This document shows, piece after piece, positions 1-9,959 of a stretch of DNA of 64,000 nt (positions are counted from its first letter, which is position 1; the number at the start of each line of letters is the position of its first letter). The notes under the pieces were generated by a model that saw only the letters and a program-made list of their open reading frames with translations, did no database searches and had not been told where the DNA came from. Position numbers and translations under genes: made by a program. Origin of the DNA: Candidatus Sungiibacteriota bacterium (GTDB taxonomy: Bacteria; Patescibacteriota; Minisyncoccia; Sungbacterales; HO2-52-23). The stretch is taken from positions 283,107 to 347,106 of the forward strand of contig JACPBG010000001.1 in the NCBI GenBank assembly GCA_016180435.1, written 5' to 3'.

Positions 1-371
1 ATCCGGTATTCATTGCGCCAATGCTCAAGAATTTCCGGAGGCGTGCGATTCAAAAGTCCGGCATTCAATTGGGTGGAGCCGCCCAGACACCTGCCCTCTC
101 CGAATACCAGCGAAGTATTGGACATAATGGGAATTGCGCCGCCCTCGCGCCAAACGCGGGGAAACGTATTCGCAATGCCGCATTGGCCGTCTTCAAATTC
201 AATGAAAGGCCCTTCTTCAAGAATTAAAACCTCCCTCCCCTTTTCAACAAGAAATTGCGCGGTAAGCGCTCCGCCTGCCCCGCTCCCGATAACAACGCAC
301 TCAGCGTCAATGCCTTGCGCTGGCACGAAATCCAATAATGATTTTTTAAACGCAAAGTCAGTTGCCTGCAT
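1..371 (-). CDS. GMC-family FAD oxidoreductase, N-terminal part (runs off the window edge)
   Basis: Manual translation (not in the ORF track): MQATDFAF...CVVIGSGAGGALTAQFLVEKGREVLILEEGP...EGRCLGGSTQLNAG. Contains the Rossmann GxGxxG motif and the GMC GxxLGGS(T)xxN motif. Confidence 0.85.
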   Translation of the reverse strand, partial: MQATDFAFKKSLLDFVPAQGIDAECVVIGSGAGGALTAQFLVEKGREVLILEEGPFIEFEDGQCGIANTFPRVWREGGAIPIMSNTSLVFGEGRCLGGSTQLNAGLLNRTPPEILEHWRNEYR

Positions 372-487
372 ACCCGGTAGTAACTCTTCGGCTAGGCCAA
401 AAGCCCAAAAACCTTAGAAAATATCAAATCTAATTACCTAATAATAAACTATAGTTTTTTGTTATAAATCTTTATTGCCGAAGACTA

Positions 488-892
488 CTACCGGGCATAA
501 AAACATTGAATTTTCCGATGAGATTTTGTATCAACACCGAGCGAGTGCAGCGTATCGGCAGAATCATAATAAAAAAGAAGAGTCATGTTAAGAAAAAAAC
601 GAATAAAATCACGCTTGACGCCAATTGGACTTTTTAACCATTTCCGCATTAACTGCATGTGTTGCTCCGGGGTAAGCTCTAAAAATCCTCTTCCTCTACG
701 GATAGAAAAAGCAACCGCAAGTATAACAAGTCCGAAACGGTATAACGGCTGCATACTTTTATGCACCATGCATAGAAATGCCGCCGCGTCTTTAACAATG
801 CGTTTATCAAGATTGTGATTAATATCCCAAATCACCGCTTCAACCATGACATACACTATTTTTTTGAAAAAATTATTTTCCGCACCGCTCAT
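488..892 (-). CDS. Small helical partner of GMC oxidoreductases (gluconate 2-dehydrogenase subunit 3-like)
   Basis: FLELTPEQHMQLMRKWLKS...RDFIRFFLNMTLLFYYDS resembles the domain that precedes GMC oxidases, and the gene lies directly upstream of the GMC gene. Start uncertain (892 or 847). Confidence 0.55.
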   Translation of the reverse strand: MSGAENNFFKKIVYVMVEAVIWDINHNLDKRIVKDAAAFLCMVHKSMQPLYRFGLVILAVAFSIRRGRGFLELTPEQHMQLMRKWLKSPIGVKRDFIRFFLNMTLLFYYDSADTLHSLGVDTKSHRKIQCFYAR

Positions 893-2726
893 AAATTGAC
901 ACATTTTCTTGATTATATATCTCATGCAAACATAATCCGTTTTTTTCCATATCACCCACACTAAAAGAAAAACTCGTTTTCTCCATCAACCCTGCATATA
1001 TATACTCAAACGCATATTTTTGAAGCAGCGTTTCGGAACTTATGCGCCAACTCTCAAGAATTTCCGCCACAGAGGTTTCCACGTCCGAAAAGTCGCGGAA
1101 ACCGCCTCTCCCGAAATAAGTGTTCGGCTCCCGACTATAAAGTCCGTAATGAAAAAGATGCAGGGCAATGCCATCTTCAATTCCCCTTAAATCATCCTCA
1201 TGGCTTCTGGTTTCAAGAAAAGATCGGCTGAACCGTCCGCGAATCCATTGATCACCCATACCAAAAATTTTTGCCGCAATCACATAACGCTCCAGCATCT
1301 CCCGATCTGACGCACTGGTGATAACGCCGGTTGGCGGCACAAATACTTTGGCAGAAGTAAAGATAAGAAGATGGGTATTTGTAACCACCGAGGGAGAAAG
1401 CACAACTGCATCGTCCGGAATATTGGCTTGCATCCAAACAAAAGAATTCTCTGTAGACGAATCAAGGGTGAACCGCGCCACATTCTCTTTCGCATAAGCA
1501 AACTGAAGTTGAATGTTTCTTGTAACCATCAGAAGAAAAATCAGAACTAGAAATGTATACCCGAACCGCTGAAATTTTACCCCCATGAACTTATTCCATA
1601 AATGAGGGACTAACAGGATGTATGCAATAAAAAGAGCCAGGGCCAGCGGATAGCGCAAAAAATGCTCCGGCTGCGGCACATATCCCGTAATCACCTGAAT
1701 ATTCATAACCGTAAGCGCCCCCAAAAATATAGATGCGGCCGCGATTTCCAAACGCCTAAAAGCACTGATCGCTGCGGCGAGCCACACCAAAAAATGAGGC
1801 CAAAGCAACCAGCGGATTTCCCGTCCCACCTCAAGACCCGTTCTCCCGATGAGCTCGGCATAATGCGCAAACTGCCTAAGTTCAAAAAATGAGATAAAAA
1901 ATGGGATCGCAATAACGAATCCGATTACCAGAACCGCGGTCTGGAACATCGCCATCCGATACTCTCGCCTTAAAAAGAAAAGTACTGCCGCCATACCAAG
2001 TATTACCGTAACGCTAACCCAATCAAACGGATATGAATAAAAGAGGGCGCCATAAGCAATTCCGGTGCCTATAAAAAGAAACGGCATCTTTTTCTTAATC
2101 GCCATAAGCCATAAAAGAAAAAAAACTCCCAAAGGTATAAACGTCCACTCCGGAGTAAACAGCCGATCAAGCGGCAAATGAGTCACAACTGGATGCGCAA
2201 TCCACGGCTTAAAATACGCGGCAAAACTTTTGAACTGATAAAATAGGGAGAAAGGAAAAAGCGACGCCAGATCACGGGAAAAAATAAAAATTGCGCCGAG
2301 CAATAAAGAAAGCGTTGAATCGCCGCTTAAAAAAACAAGGACTGAAAAAATAATAAGAAAAATAATCGGAGGGAAAATAAAATCCGCTAAAATCCAGGCG
2401 TTTTCAAAGCCAATTAAACGAGCCGCAAATCCAAGCACAGACGCGCCCAAAGGCGCGCGAACCGAAGGGCCGTCCGCATGTTCGCGCAACGCCGGATCGC
2501 CAAATGAATTTATCCCCTCGGCCACCTCCCGGACCTGCGGCGCATAAATTTGCGCCTCGTCCATATCGGAAAAAAATGTGACCGGATGGTACGCCTTTCC
2601 CTCTGTAGCCAGGTTTCTTGAAATCAAAATGTGCGGCAGTCCGTAAAAAGCCGAAACAAAAAAAGCGCCCCCCAACGCCAGCCAAAAAACTTTCTTATTG
2701 AGAAATTGAAAAGAAAATAGACGCAT
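873..2726 (-). CDS. Polytopic membrane protein, probable GT-C-fold glycosyltransferase
   Basis: More than 10 TM segments, an early acidic loop (DMDEAQIY) and a C-terminal soluble domain ending IYNQENVSIY. Lies in a glycan locus. Confidence 0.55.
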   Translation of the reverse strand: MRLFSFQFLNKKVFWLALGGAFFVSAFYGLPHILISRNLATEGKAYHPVTFFSDMDEAQIYAPQVREVAEGINSFGDPALREHADGPSVRAPLGASVLGFAARLIGFENAWILADFIFPPIIFLIIFSVLVFLSGDSTLSLLLGAIFIFSRDLASLFPFSLFYQFKSFAAYFKPWIAHPVVTHLPLDRLFTPEWTFIPLGVFFLLWLMAIKKKMPFLFIGTGIAYGALFYSYPFDWVSVTVILGMAAVLFFLRREYRMAMFQTAVLVIGFVIAIPFFISFFELRQFAHYAELIGRTGLEVGREIRWLLWPHFLVWLAAAISAFRRLEIAAASIFLGALTVMNIQVITGYVPQPEHFLRYPLALALFIAYILLVPHLWNKFMGVKFQRFGYTFLVLIFLLMVTRNIQLQFAYAKENVARFTLDSSTENSFVWMQANIPDDAVVLSPSVVTNTHLLIFTSAKVFVPPTGVITSASDREMLERYVIAAKIFGMGDQWIRGRFSRSFLETRSHEDDLRGIEDGIALHLFHYGLYSREPNTYFGRGGFRDFSDVETSVAEILESWRISSETLLQKYAFEYIYAGLMEKTSFSFSVGDMEKNGLCLHEIYNQENVSIYERCGK

Positions 2727-3621
2727 ACGAAGTAAAACGCATGGTAAAGATTGAAATGACAAGTAAAACAAAAATGGCTACCGAGGCCTGCATGGGGAAA
2801 TCCTTAAAAATAATATCAGTGGGATTATCGCTCAACGTTCCTTTTGTTTCAGCCAGCCACAAAAATCGGAACATACCATAAAGCACGGGCAATACCGTGC
2901 TAAGAAACAAAATGCTTTTTATATCAAGCACGGCATAAAAAATAAATATAGCCAGCGCAAGGATTAAAGATACGAAAATAATGCTACGCAAAAATTCTAC
3001 GGCATAAAGAGAAGATGTAGCGGCGATTTTTATTTCCTGCGATCGCTTGATGGCAACAATGAAAAGCGCCAAAAAAAACGTGGCGGCTAAAATCCATGGA
3101 GAAAATTGGGCACCAATTGCAATGACACCGGCAACTACACGCAATACGAACCCAAGAGCAACCGAAAACATATCAAGAAGAAATGCGCGCTTCAGCCAAA
3201 ACGTATAACTTAAATTCAGCAGCAGATATGCGGCAATCGTCCAAAAAAATCCTTGTGATACCGCGAAACCTGCCGCAAGCGCGATCAAAGAAAGAAGAAT
3301 CGAAAAAAACCATGCGGCATTTACTGAAATATCTCCTCTTGCAACCGGCCGATTTCTCTTAAGCGGATGAAGACGGTCTCGCGGCGCATCAACGGCATCA
3401 TTAAAAACATACACCGCGCTGGAGGCGACGCAAAAAATCGAAAAAGCGAATAAAGACAGGATAACTTTTTCCGGATCAAAAAACGAGAACGAAAAAACAA
3501 CCGGCGCAATAACAAATATATTTTTCAGCCACTGCTTCGGACGAAGTAATTCCATAAAAGTTATAGCACTTTGCATATAGTTTTTATACGGCATCACAAA
3601 ATTAATATTTGACCGTAACAT
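2695..3621 (-). CDS. UbiA-family decaprenyl-phosphate phosphoribosyltransferase
   Basis: LLRPKQWLKN, YVFNDAVDAPRDRLHPLKRNRPVARG, GFVLRVVAG and LSDNPTD match the Rv3806c-like subfamily. True start is probably ~3576. Confidence 0.88.
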   Translation of the reverse strand: MLRSNINFVMPYKNYMQSAITFMELLRPKQWLKNIFVIAPVVFSFSFFDPEKVILSLFAFSIFCVASSAVYVFNDAVDAPRDRLHPLKRNRPVARGDISVNAAWFFSILLSLIALAAGFAVSQGFFWTIAAYLLLNLSYTFWLKRAFLLDMFSVALGFVLRVVAGVIAIGAQFSPWILAATFFLALFIVAIKRSQEIKIAATSSLYAVEFLRSIIFVSLILALAIFIFYAVLDIKSILFLSTVLPVLYGMFRFLWLAETKGTLSDNPTDIIFKDFPMQASVAIFVLLVISIFTMRFTSYASIFFSISQ

Positions 3622-3663
3622 TATTAATATTTAGCCGTAACATTTCAATCCTTTAATCTCCGG

Positions 3664-3933
3664 CTATTCCAATGTTCTTAAGAATTTAAGAATAGATTTT
3701 CCGCGCATCGTAAGCGCATGGCGCACCGAGTTTCCCTCGTTTCGCTTCATGACCAACCCCGCAATAGCCAGCCGGCGAATATGTTCGGAGGCGGTCTTAA
3801 AATTAATGCGGAGCATATCCGCAATTTCCATCACCGAAAGTTCCGGCATCCTATCGAGAAGAACCACAATTTCGATCCGCCGATGGTTGGCGCATCCTTT
3901 TATGATTCTTTCCAAATACCGCGGTTTTTCCAT
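3664..3933 (-). CDS. ArsR-family winged-helix transcriptional regulator
   Basis: ANHRRIEIVVLL...LSVMEIADML...KTASEHIRRLAIAGLV. Confidence 0.85.
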   Translation of the reverse strand: MEKPRYLERIIKGCANHRRIEIVVLLDRMPELSVMEIADMLRINFKTASEHIRRLAIAGLVMKRNEGNSVRHALTMRGKSILKFLRTLE

Positions 3934-3974
3934 AAAAAAATTATACCACAATATGTTTATTTCCTTCAACCCCG

Positions 3975-4012
3975 TCTCTATTCTCAAATTCTTAAGAATT
4001 TGAGAATAGAGA
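3975..4012. repeat. Perfect 38-bp palindrome matching the 3' end of the ArsR gene
   Basis: tctctattctcaaattctt|aagaatttgagaatagaga. Positions 3989-4010 match 3675-3696 at 21/22. Confidence 0.85.
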
Positions 4013-4075
4013 TCCCCGAACCCGCTTCATTTTAACGCGGCGAGCAAGATAAATGATTTTCTATAATACTTAACA

Positions 4076-5227
4076 TTAGGGAATACTCGCAATAAAATGG
4101 AGGATGGATTGCGCGCGGACCCCCCACGAATATAGACACGATTTTTCAAATGCATTTACGGCGCGTGCAGATGCGGCGGCGTAATTTTGTAAAATGATTT
4201 TGACGGCCGCGACAAGTTTTTCCGAATTATCCGGTTCAAAGAAATAAACCTCTTTTTCGGAAACAATTTCCCGAATTGAAGGAAGATCGGACGCAACAAT
4301 TGGAACGCCGGATGCCATATATTCAAAAAGTTTTAGAGGAGAGGTGGCATAGCGCGATTCTTCGCTTTGGGAGGAATTGGGCAAAACTAAAACATCGGCC
4401 GCTTTCAGCCAAAGTGGAATCTCGGAATACGGACGCTGGCCCGCCATAATGATATTTTTTAAGCCGCCGAATTTATTTTTAAATGTATCCAGATCGCGTC
4501 CGGATCCGCCCACAAAAATAAAAATGATTTCAGGAAGCAGGCGCGCGGCTTCGGCCATTATTTCCACCCCCTTCCAGCCGTATAACTGGCCGGAATAAAG
4601 AGCATTTTTTTTATCCGCCGGAATTTTCAAACGGCTCCGCAATTCAATTTTAGTTTCTTTAATGTCAAATAGCTGCGGATCAAAACCGTTGGGACAAGTC
4701 ATAATTTTCTCCCAAGGTATTCCAAACATTAAATGCAATTTTTCAGTTTTCCAATTGTTGGTTGATATAATGCCGTCCAGACGCCGCAGGGCAGGCCCCC
4801 AAAACCAATAACCCCTTGGCGGCCAGTCATGCATTTCAAAAAATACTCCGCGGCGAAAATAAGATATCAGCCAGGCCAAAAAAATGTCACGCGAAAAAAT
4901 AATATCATGGTTTTTCCATTCATTTCTTCCTAAAATCATCAAAGAAAGCGCAAAAGTTAAAACCCGCAGCCAATATCCCCAAAAACCTAAAAAAAGCCAA
5001 TTCAGCGCCGGGAAACGGCGTATTACAAAATTTTTGCGGACGCCGTAGTAGGAATATGAATCTGCGCCTGATATGCCCTGTATTTCCGGAATGGCGAGTG
5101 TCACATCCAAGCCAGCACCGGACAATGCTTCACACATTTTCATAATTTGCAGTCCGTGTGCGCGCGGAGTCGGCAACCGGACGTTCGCGATATAAAGCAG
5201 TTTCTCCATAATTTCAGAGTTTTTCAC
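4076..5227 (-). CDS. Glycosyltransferase family 4
   Basis: RLPTPRAHGLQIMKMCEA; SPLKLFEYMASGVPIVASD. Confidence 0.92.
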   Translation of the reverse strand: MKNSEIMEKLLYIANVRLPTPRAHGLQIMKMCEALSGAGLDVTLAIPEIQGISGADSYSYYGVRKNFVIRRFPALNWLFLGFWGYWLRVLTFALSLMILGRNEWKNHDIIFSRDIFLAWLISYFRRGVFFEMHDWPPRGYWFWGPALRRLDGIISTNNWKTEKLHLMFGIPWEKIMTCPNGFDPQLFDIKETKIELRSRLKIPADKKNALYSGQLYGWKGVEIMAEAARLLPEIIFIFVGGSGRDLDTFKNKFGGLKNIIMAGQRPYSEIPLWLKAADVLVLPNSSQSEESRYATSPLKLFEYMASGVPIVASDLPSIREIVSEKEVYFFEPDNSEKLVAAVKIILQNYAAASARAVNAFEKSCLYSWGVRAQSILHFIASIP

Positions 5228-6059
5228 AAAACAAATTTACATATTTTTTAACGGAGCGGATGAATTCTTCCTCGCTTTGCCATGATTCAAGCGGGGTTCT
5301 TGTACATTTTTTATCATCAATCGCAAAAATATGATATCCGAATCCGCGGATCCGCCGGATAAGATCAAGCGGACTTGTGCCGAGTGATCTGATAACGCCC
5401 GGGGCAAATTCAATAATAAGCGCCGGGGCATCGTTTCGCCCTAAAATATTTTTAGCTCCCTCCAAGACCTCAAGTTCCGCGCCCTCAACATCAATTTTAA
5501 TGAAATCAATGCGTCGATCGCCAAAATACGCATCCAGCGCAACGCTTTTTACGTCCAATTCCCGTGAAACCGGATAACGTCCCGCCTGCAAACTATGGGA
5601 CCCGCTGCCAACGGACGATTCATACAAAGTCAGCCGGCTATTTTGAGAGGCAACCGCCGCCTGAATCAAAACAGTATTTTTTAAACGCCGGGCATTCTTT
5701 TCAAGAAATCCGAAATTTACCGGATGCGGTTCAAAAGCAAAGACATTTCCCGAGGGCCCGACCGCGCGGGAAAAAATACGGGTAAAGTATCCCACATGCG
5801 CGCCGACATCAACCCCAACCATGCCGGGACGCAAAAAAGTCCGCGCCGCGGCCACGCTTCCTTTTTCCCAAACGCCCAGAAGCATCTCAAAACTGCCGCT
5901 GACTGTTTCGGGCAAAACCGCAAAACCGCGGATGCGGCCCAGAATCCAAATAATAGTCCGGGCCGCAATCTTTGCCGGAATTTTAATAAAGCGGTTCTGC
6001 CGCGAAAAAAATGCAATAATTTTTTTAAACACGATAAATTTCTTTAAGCTTTTTTTCAA
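5214..6059 (-). CDS. FkbM-family methyltransferase
   Basis: VDVGAHVGYF, FAFEPHP, IKIDVEGAE. Confidence 0.92.
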   Translation of the reverse strand: MKKSLKKFIVFKKIIAFFSRQNRFIKIPAKIAARTIIWILGRIRGFAVLPETVSGSFEMLLGVWEKGSVAAARTFLRPGMVGVDVGAHVGYFTRIFSRAVGPSGNVFAFEPHPVNFGFLEKNARRLKNTVLIQAAVASQNSRLTLYESSVGSGSHSLQAGRYPVSRELDVKSVALDAYFGDRRIDFIKIDVEGAELEVLEGAKNILGRNDAPALIIEFAPGVIRSLGTSPLDLIRRIRGFGYHIFAIDDKKCTRTPLESWQSEEEFIRSVKKYVNLFCEKL

Positions 6060-7110
6060 ATACTTCTAATGAAAAATTTTCTTGCGCAAATTTGTGCGCG
6101 TTTTTACCCATAGTCCGGCGTTCAAATTCCGCGGACCTGAATATTTTACGAACCGCATCAACCAACGCTTGCGCGGTGTAATCGGTAAAAACTAACCCGC
6201 AACCGGCTTTTTCCAAAATCAAACGCTGATCGCTCGTATCCGAGGCAATAACCGGGCGGCCCGAAGCCAAATAATACGATAATTTATACGGATATTGAGT
6301 GTCGGATACTTCGCTTCTAATGCGCGGGGAAAGAAGTACGTGGCACTGTGAAAAAAATACGGGTTCGGCGCCGCGCGGCACAATTCCTTTAAGTTCTATA
6401 TTATCGGCAACGGCGCCAATATCCGGCTTTTTTTCAAATCCTCCCAAAACAAACCGGATATTTTTTTCCGATTGTAAAATTTTAGCCGCCTCCAAAATCA
6501 AAGGAAGCCCTTGCCAAAAAGAATCGTTGCCAAGATATCCTACGCAAAACGGCGGTGGTATCGGAGGATCACGATACGTATAAAAATCCATATCCACCGG
6601 CCCCCAGCTAATGAATATTTTTTGGGGGTTAACTCCCATATGGCTGCATAGAAATTTCCGCTGGGTATGGCTCATGACGATCAAAGCATCCGCCAGGCGA
6701 GTTCCAATCCAGTCCAGCACCCGGAAAAACAAACGTAAAATATAGGATAAGTTACGCGCCTCGTAAAAGGAGAGTCCGTGTATCTCAAAAATAAAACGCG
6801 TTCGGGGATGCAAAAGTTTATAGAGCGCGGCGGGCAAAACCGCGGCAGTTGTGACCGCATGCACCGCATCCGGCTTTGAAGAAAATAAATTACGCGCGAC
6901 CCCAAACGAAAATTTACCCAAACGCGCTCCGGGCACGATTCGCCCAAAACGCAACTTATCGGAAATCACAAAGGTATTGGAAAAAACGCCTCCGGTCGCA
7001 TAGGCGTTAACTTCGGCAAATTGGCTAATAACTTTTATATTCAATCGCGTGCGGGTCGGCGTGCCGGATACGCGATCAATATTGAATGGACAGATCAGGG
7101 CTACGCGCAT
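6025..7110 (-). CDS. Glycosyltransferase family 4
   Basis: YPYKLSYYLASGRPVIASD; GT-B C-terminal domain. Confidence 0.88.
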   Translation of the reverse strand: MRVALICPFNIDRVSGTPTRTRLNIKVISQFAEVNAYATGGVFSNTFVISDKLRFGRIVPGARLGKFSFGVARNLFSSKPDAVHAVTTAAVLPAALYKLLHPRTRFIFEIHGLSFYEARNLSYILRLFFRVLDWIGTRLADALIVMSHTQRKFLCSHMGVNPQKIFISWGPVDMDFYTYRDPPIPPPFCVGYLGNDSFWQGLPLILEAAKILQSEKNIRFVLGGFEKKPDIGAVADNIELKGIVPRGAEPVFFSQCHVLLSPRIRSEVSDTQYPYKLSYYLASGRPVIASDTSDQRLILEKAGCGLVFTDYTAQALVDAVRKIFRSAEFERRTMGKNAHKFAQENFSLEVFEKKLKEIYRV

Positions 7111-7146
7111 ATTTGATCAAGTGTTTAAAAATGATAATATGGTTAA

Positions 7147-8085
7147 ATGAATAAATACGCCAAAGACAATCAAGTATTATTACTGTCGGCGCTTTCAAAT
7201 TCCGAAAAACTTCTTGGGTTGTATCACAACAAAAATAGGGAACCGAGATATATAAACCGTCTGAAAAAATTCCTTAAAAACCCCTACAAATATCTGCGCA
7301 TAAATTTAGCGAAGGCGGGCATTATCAGCCACAATGGATATGCCGAAACTTTCTGGGGCGAAAATCTCTACCTGCCCCTGGCAGACGAAAACATCACAAC
7401 ACTTTACTATTGCGGGGCGCTGGGCGCATCCGAATGCCGGCTCACTCGATTTATCATTAAAAACATGAATCCTTCCGATATTTTCTACGATGTGGGCGCA
7501 AATTACGGATTTTACAGCACCCTGGCATCCTACCTCATTGGCCGCGAAACAGGCCAGGTGCATATCTTTGAACCAAATCCCTCGGCTATATATTATATCA
7601 GAAAAAATATGGACGCGGATGGCAAAAAAATTTTTATCAATGAAGTCGGGGTGGCCGATACCGAGGGGACGGCGGTTTTTTATGACACGGTTGAGGGCGG
7701 CAAGGGCGGCATGAGCACTATGCTCAAAGAAACCGTACTCCGCTGGAAACTTCCGTTCAAAGAAATCAGGGTAAAAACCATAACACTTGACGATTATGCG
7801 CTCGCGCACGCTCCCCCGACCTTCCTAAAAATAGACGTGGATGGAAGCGAAAAAAAAGTAATCCGCGGCGCTGTCAAAATGTTAAAATCCGCCGCGCCCA
7901 TTATTGCCATGGAGGTCTGGGATGCCAATCATGTAAAAGCCGACACCATGGAAGCGCTGAAACTTTTACAAAACCTTGGATATGAATCATACCGCATAGA
8001 CGAAAAAGGCGAAATCCAACGCGAATTCCTGGATGTATATAAAAATCCGGTGGGCGAGTTCAGTAATTTTATATTTAAAAAATAG
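7147..8085 (+). CDS. FkbM-family methyltransferase (opposite strand to the locus)
   Basis: YDVGANYGFY, HIFEPNP, LKIDVDGSE. Confidence 0.9.
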   Translation: MNKYAKDNQVLLLSALSNSEKLLGLYHNKNREPRYINRLKKFLKNPYKYLRINLAKAGIISHNGYAETFWGENLYLPLADENITTLYYCGALGASECRLTRFIIKNMNPSDIFYDVGANYGFYSTLASYLIGRETGQVHIFEPNPSAIYYIRKNMDADGKKIFINEVGVADTEGTAVFYDTVEGGKGGMSTMLKETVLRWKLPFKEIRVKTITLDDYALAHAPPTFLKIDVDGSEKKVIRGAVKMLKSAAPIIAMEVWDANHVKADTMEALKLLQNLGYESYRIDEKGEIQREFLDVYKNPVGEFSNFIFKK

Positions 8086-8905
8086 ATAAAAATATCCTGA
8101 CTCCCAATATAAGATGATACGCTATTCTCGCCGCTTCCGCCGAAATTGGCATTGAATCCTTAAAACCATGGAAGATATAGTTGCGAAACGCACGAAATCC
8201 TATTCCCAAAACAGGACGAAAACTATTATACATAAGGCGCCAGCGCTCAATTCGAGAAAGCGAGGACATGCGAGACAGTTCAAGTTCCATAAATTTTCGG
8301 TTGGAACCCCAGAATCTTCTCCAATATCCTCCATCCGGCATAAAATTGATCCAAGGATTTGTAAATCTACCCACTTTGATATCGCTATCGCCTTTTTCGC
8401 GATAACGGATTTTGGAGTGCGGTGATTTGTAAAAATACGCGCCGAATTTTTTGGTGAAAAATCTGCGCTGATATCCCGGGAAATTGGAGGAATATCTTAT
8501 CATTCGGCCATCAATGCGCTGATATGAGGTTGGAACTTCATAGACATCAAATATTTGGGCTGCACTTTCTTCGACAACCGAACGAATTTCTTGCACAAGC
8601 CCGGGAGATGCCGCCTCATCCGAATCAACATAAAGCACCCAGTCAAATTTAGCATGATTCATGCAATCCGTGCGGATGCAGGCAAAATCCGCGATATATC
8701 CTTCCGAAGTTAAACATTCTTTGGGCTGTAAAAAAACATTCGCGCCGCAGGAGCGCGCGATTGATAAAGTGTCATCGCCTGATCCGCCGTCGCACACCAC
8801 AATATCTTCAAAATCCTTGACGGATTCGAGCACCCGGCGCAGAGTACGGGCGGAATTTTTGGTTAAAATATAAACCGATGCTTGAATTTTTTTATTGGGC
8901 ATCAA
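8075..8905 (-). CDS. Glycosyltransferase family 2
   Basis: ILTKNS, VVCDGGSGDDT, WVLYVDSDE. Confidence 0.9.
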   Translation of the reverse strand: MMPNKKIQASVYILTKNSARTLRRVLESVKDFEDIVVCDGGSGDDTLSIARSCGANVFLQPKECLTSEGYIADFACIRTDCMNHAKFDWVLYVDSDEAASPGLVQEIRSVVEESAAQIFDVYEVPTSYQRIDGRMIRYSSNFPGYQRRFFTKKFGAYFYKSPHSKIRYREKGDSDIKVGRFTNPWINFMPDGGYWRRFWGSNRKFMELELSRMSSLSRIERWRLMYNSFRPVLGIGFRAFRNYIFHGFKDSMPISAEAARIAYHLILGVRIFLSIF

Positions 8906-9959
8906 TGCGATCTAAAAGACGATTGATTTCTTCGCGCGAAAGCCGCGGGGCCAGACGGGTAGTATAACCCTGGGCGGCAAAAGGACGCGCGCCCTGGTAC
9001 CACTCCTCTTTTTGCGATCGTTCATAATCAGCCAGCGGCGGAATTACAAAAAAGTTGTCGGTCTCAAGAGCTGAAATCGCCTCCTCCGGCGTAACCAGAA
9101 GTTCATGCAATTTTTCTCCGGCACGCATGCCTCCTATGCGGATAGAGACCGATTTTCCCGAACCGTAACGAACAATACATTCCTCCGCCAAATCCTTGAT
9201 AAGGACCGCTGACATTCTGGGCACGAAAATATCCCCGCCGCGCGCCAGAGAAGCGGCCAGCACAATAAAGCCGGCGGCATCGCGGATGGTTGTAAAAAAT
9301 CTGATCATCTCTTCGTGGGTTATCACAATTTCTCCCTTGGCAATCTGCTCTCGAAAAATAGGCAAAACCGAACCGGAACTTCCCAATACATTACCGAGCC
9401 GCACCACCGCAAATATTTTCCGGCCTTTTCCGCGACTCTGATGCGCCGCCAGAACCAAACGTTCGGCCAGAAATTTGGAAGCGCCCATCACGCTGGCCGG
9501 CTGTACGGCTTTATCGGTTGAAATCAGCACAAAATGCGATACCGTGAGAGACGCTTGCGCGACCGAAAGAATATTATGCGTCCCCAGGAGATTTGTCTGA
9601 ATAACTTCAAACGGATTGAATTCTCCCTGCGGCACGTATTTAAACGCAGCCGCATGAAAAACAATATCAATATCCTCGCAAGCGGAGGAGAGCCGCTTCT
9701 CGTCGCGTATATCGCCGATAATTGAGGTTATGGGAGAACTGCCAAAACGATTTTCCAGCGCCGATTGTTTCAAAGGATCACGGCTGAAAATTTTAATAAC
9801 CGCGGGTTTATACTCCAAAAGCTCGCGCACAATTGCGCTGCCGATGGATCCCGTGCCTCCGGTAACCAAGATGCGCTTATTTTTTATGAAATCTCCGGTA
9901 TTCATAGTAGAAAAGATAACATTTTTAAGATAATCGCACAATTCTCCATATTCTCTCAT
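8892..9959 (-). CDS. Polysaccharide biosynthesis protein, UDP-GlcNAc 4,6-dehydratase-like (CapD/PseB family)
   Basis: LVTGGTGSIG, FHAAAFKYVP, ISTDKAV, RLGNVLGSSGSV, GEKLHE. Confidence 0.9.
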   Translation of the reverse strand: MREYGELCDYLKNVIFSTMNTGDFIKNKRILVTGGTGSIGSAIVRELLEYKPAVIKIFSRDPLKQSALENRFGSSPITSIIGDIRDEKRLSSACEDIDIVFHAAAFKYVPQGEFNPFEVIQTNLLGTHNILSVAQASLTVSHFVLISTDKAVQPASVMGASKFLAERLVLAAHQSRGKGRKIFAVVRLGNVLGSSGSVLPIFREQIAKGEIVITHEEMIRFFTTIRDAAGFIVLAASLARGGDIFVPRMSAVLIKDLAEECIVRYGSGKSVSIRIGGMRAGEKLHELLVTPEEAISALETDNFFVIPPLADYERSQKEEWYQGARPFAAQGYTTRLAPRLSREEINRLLDRIDAQ

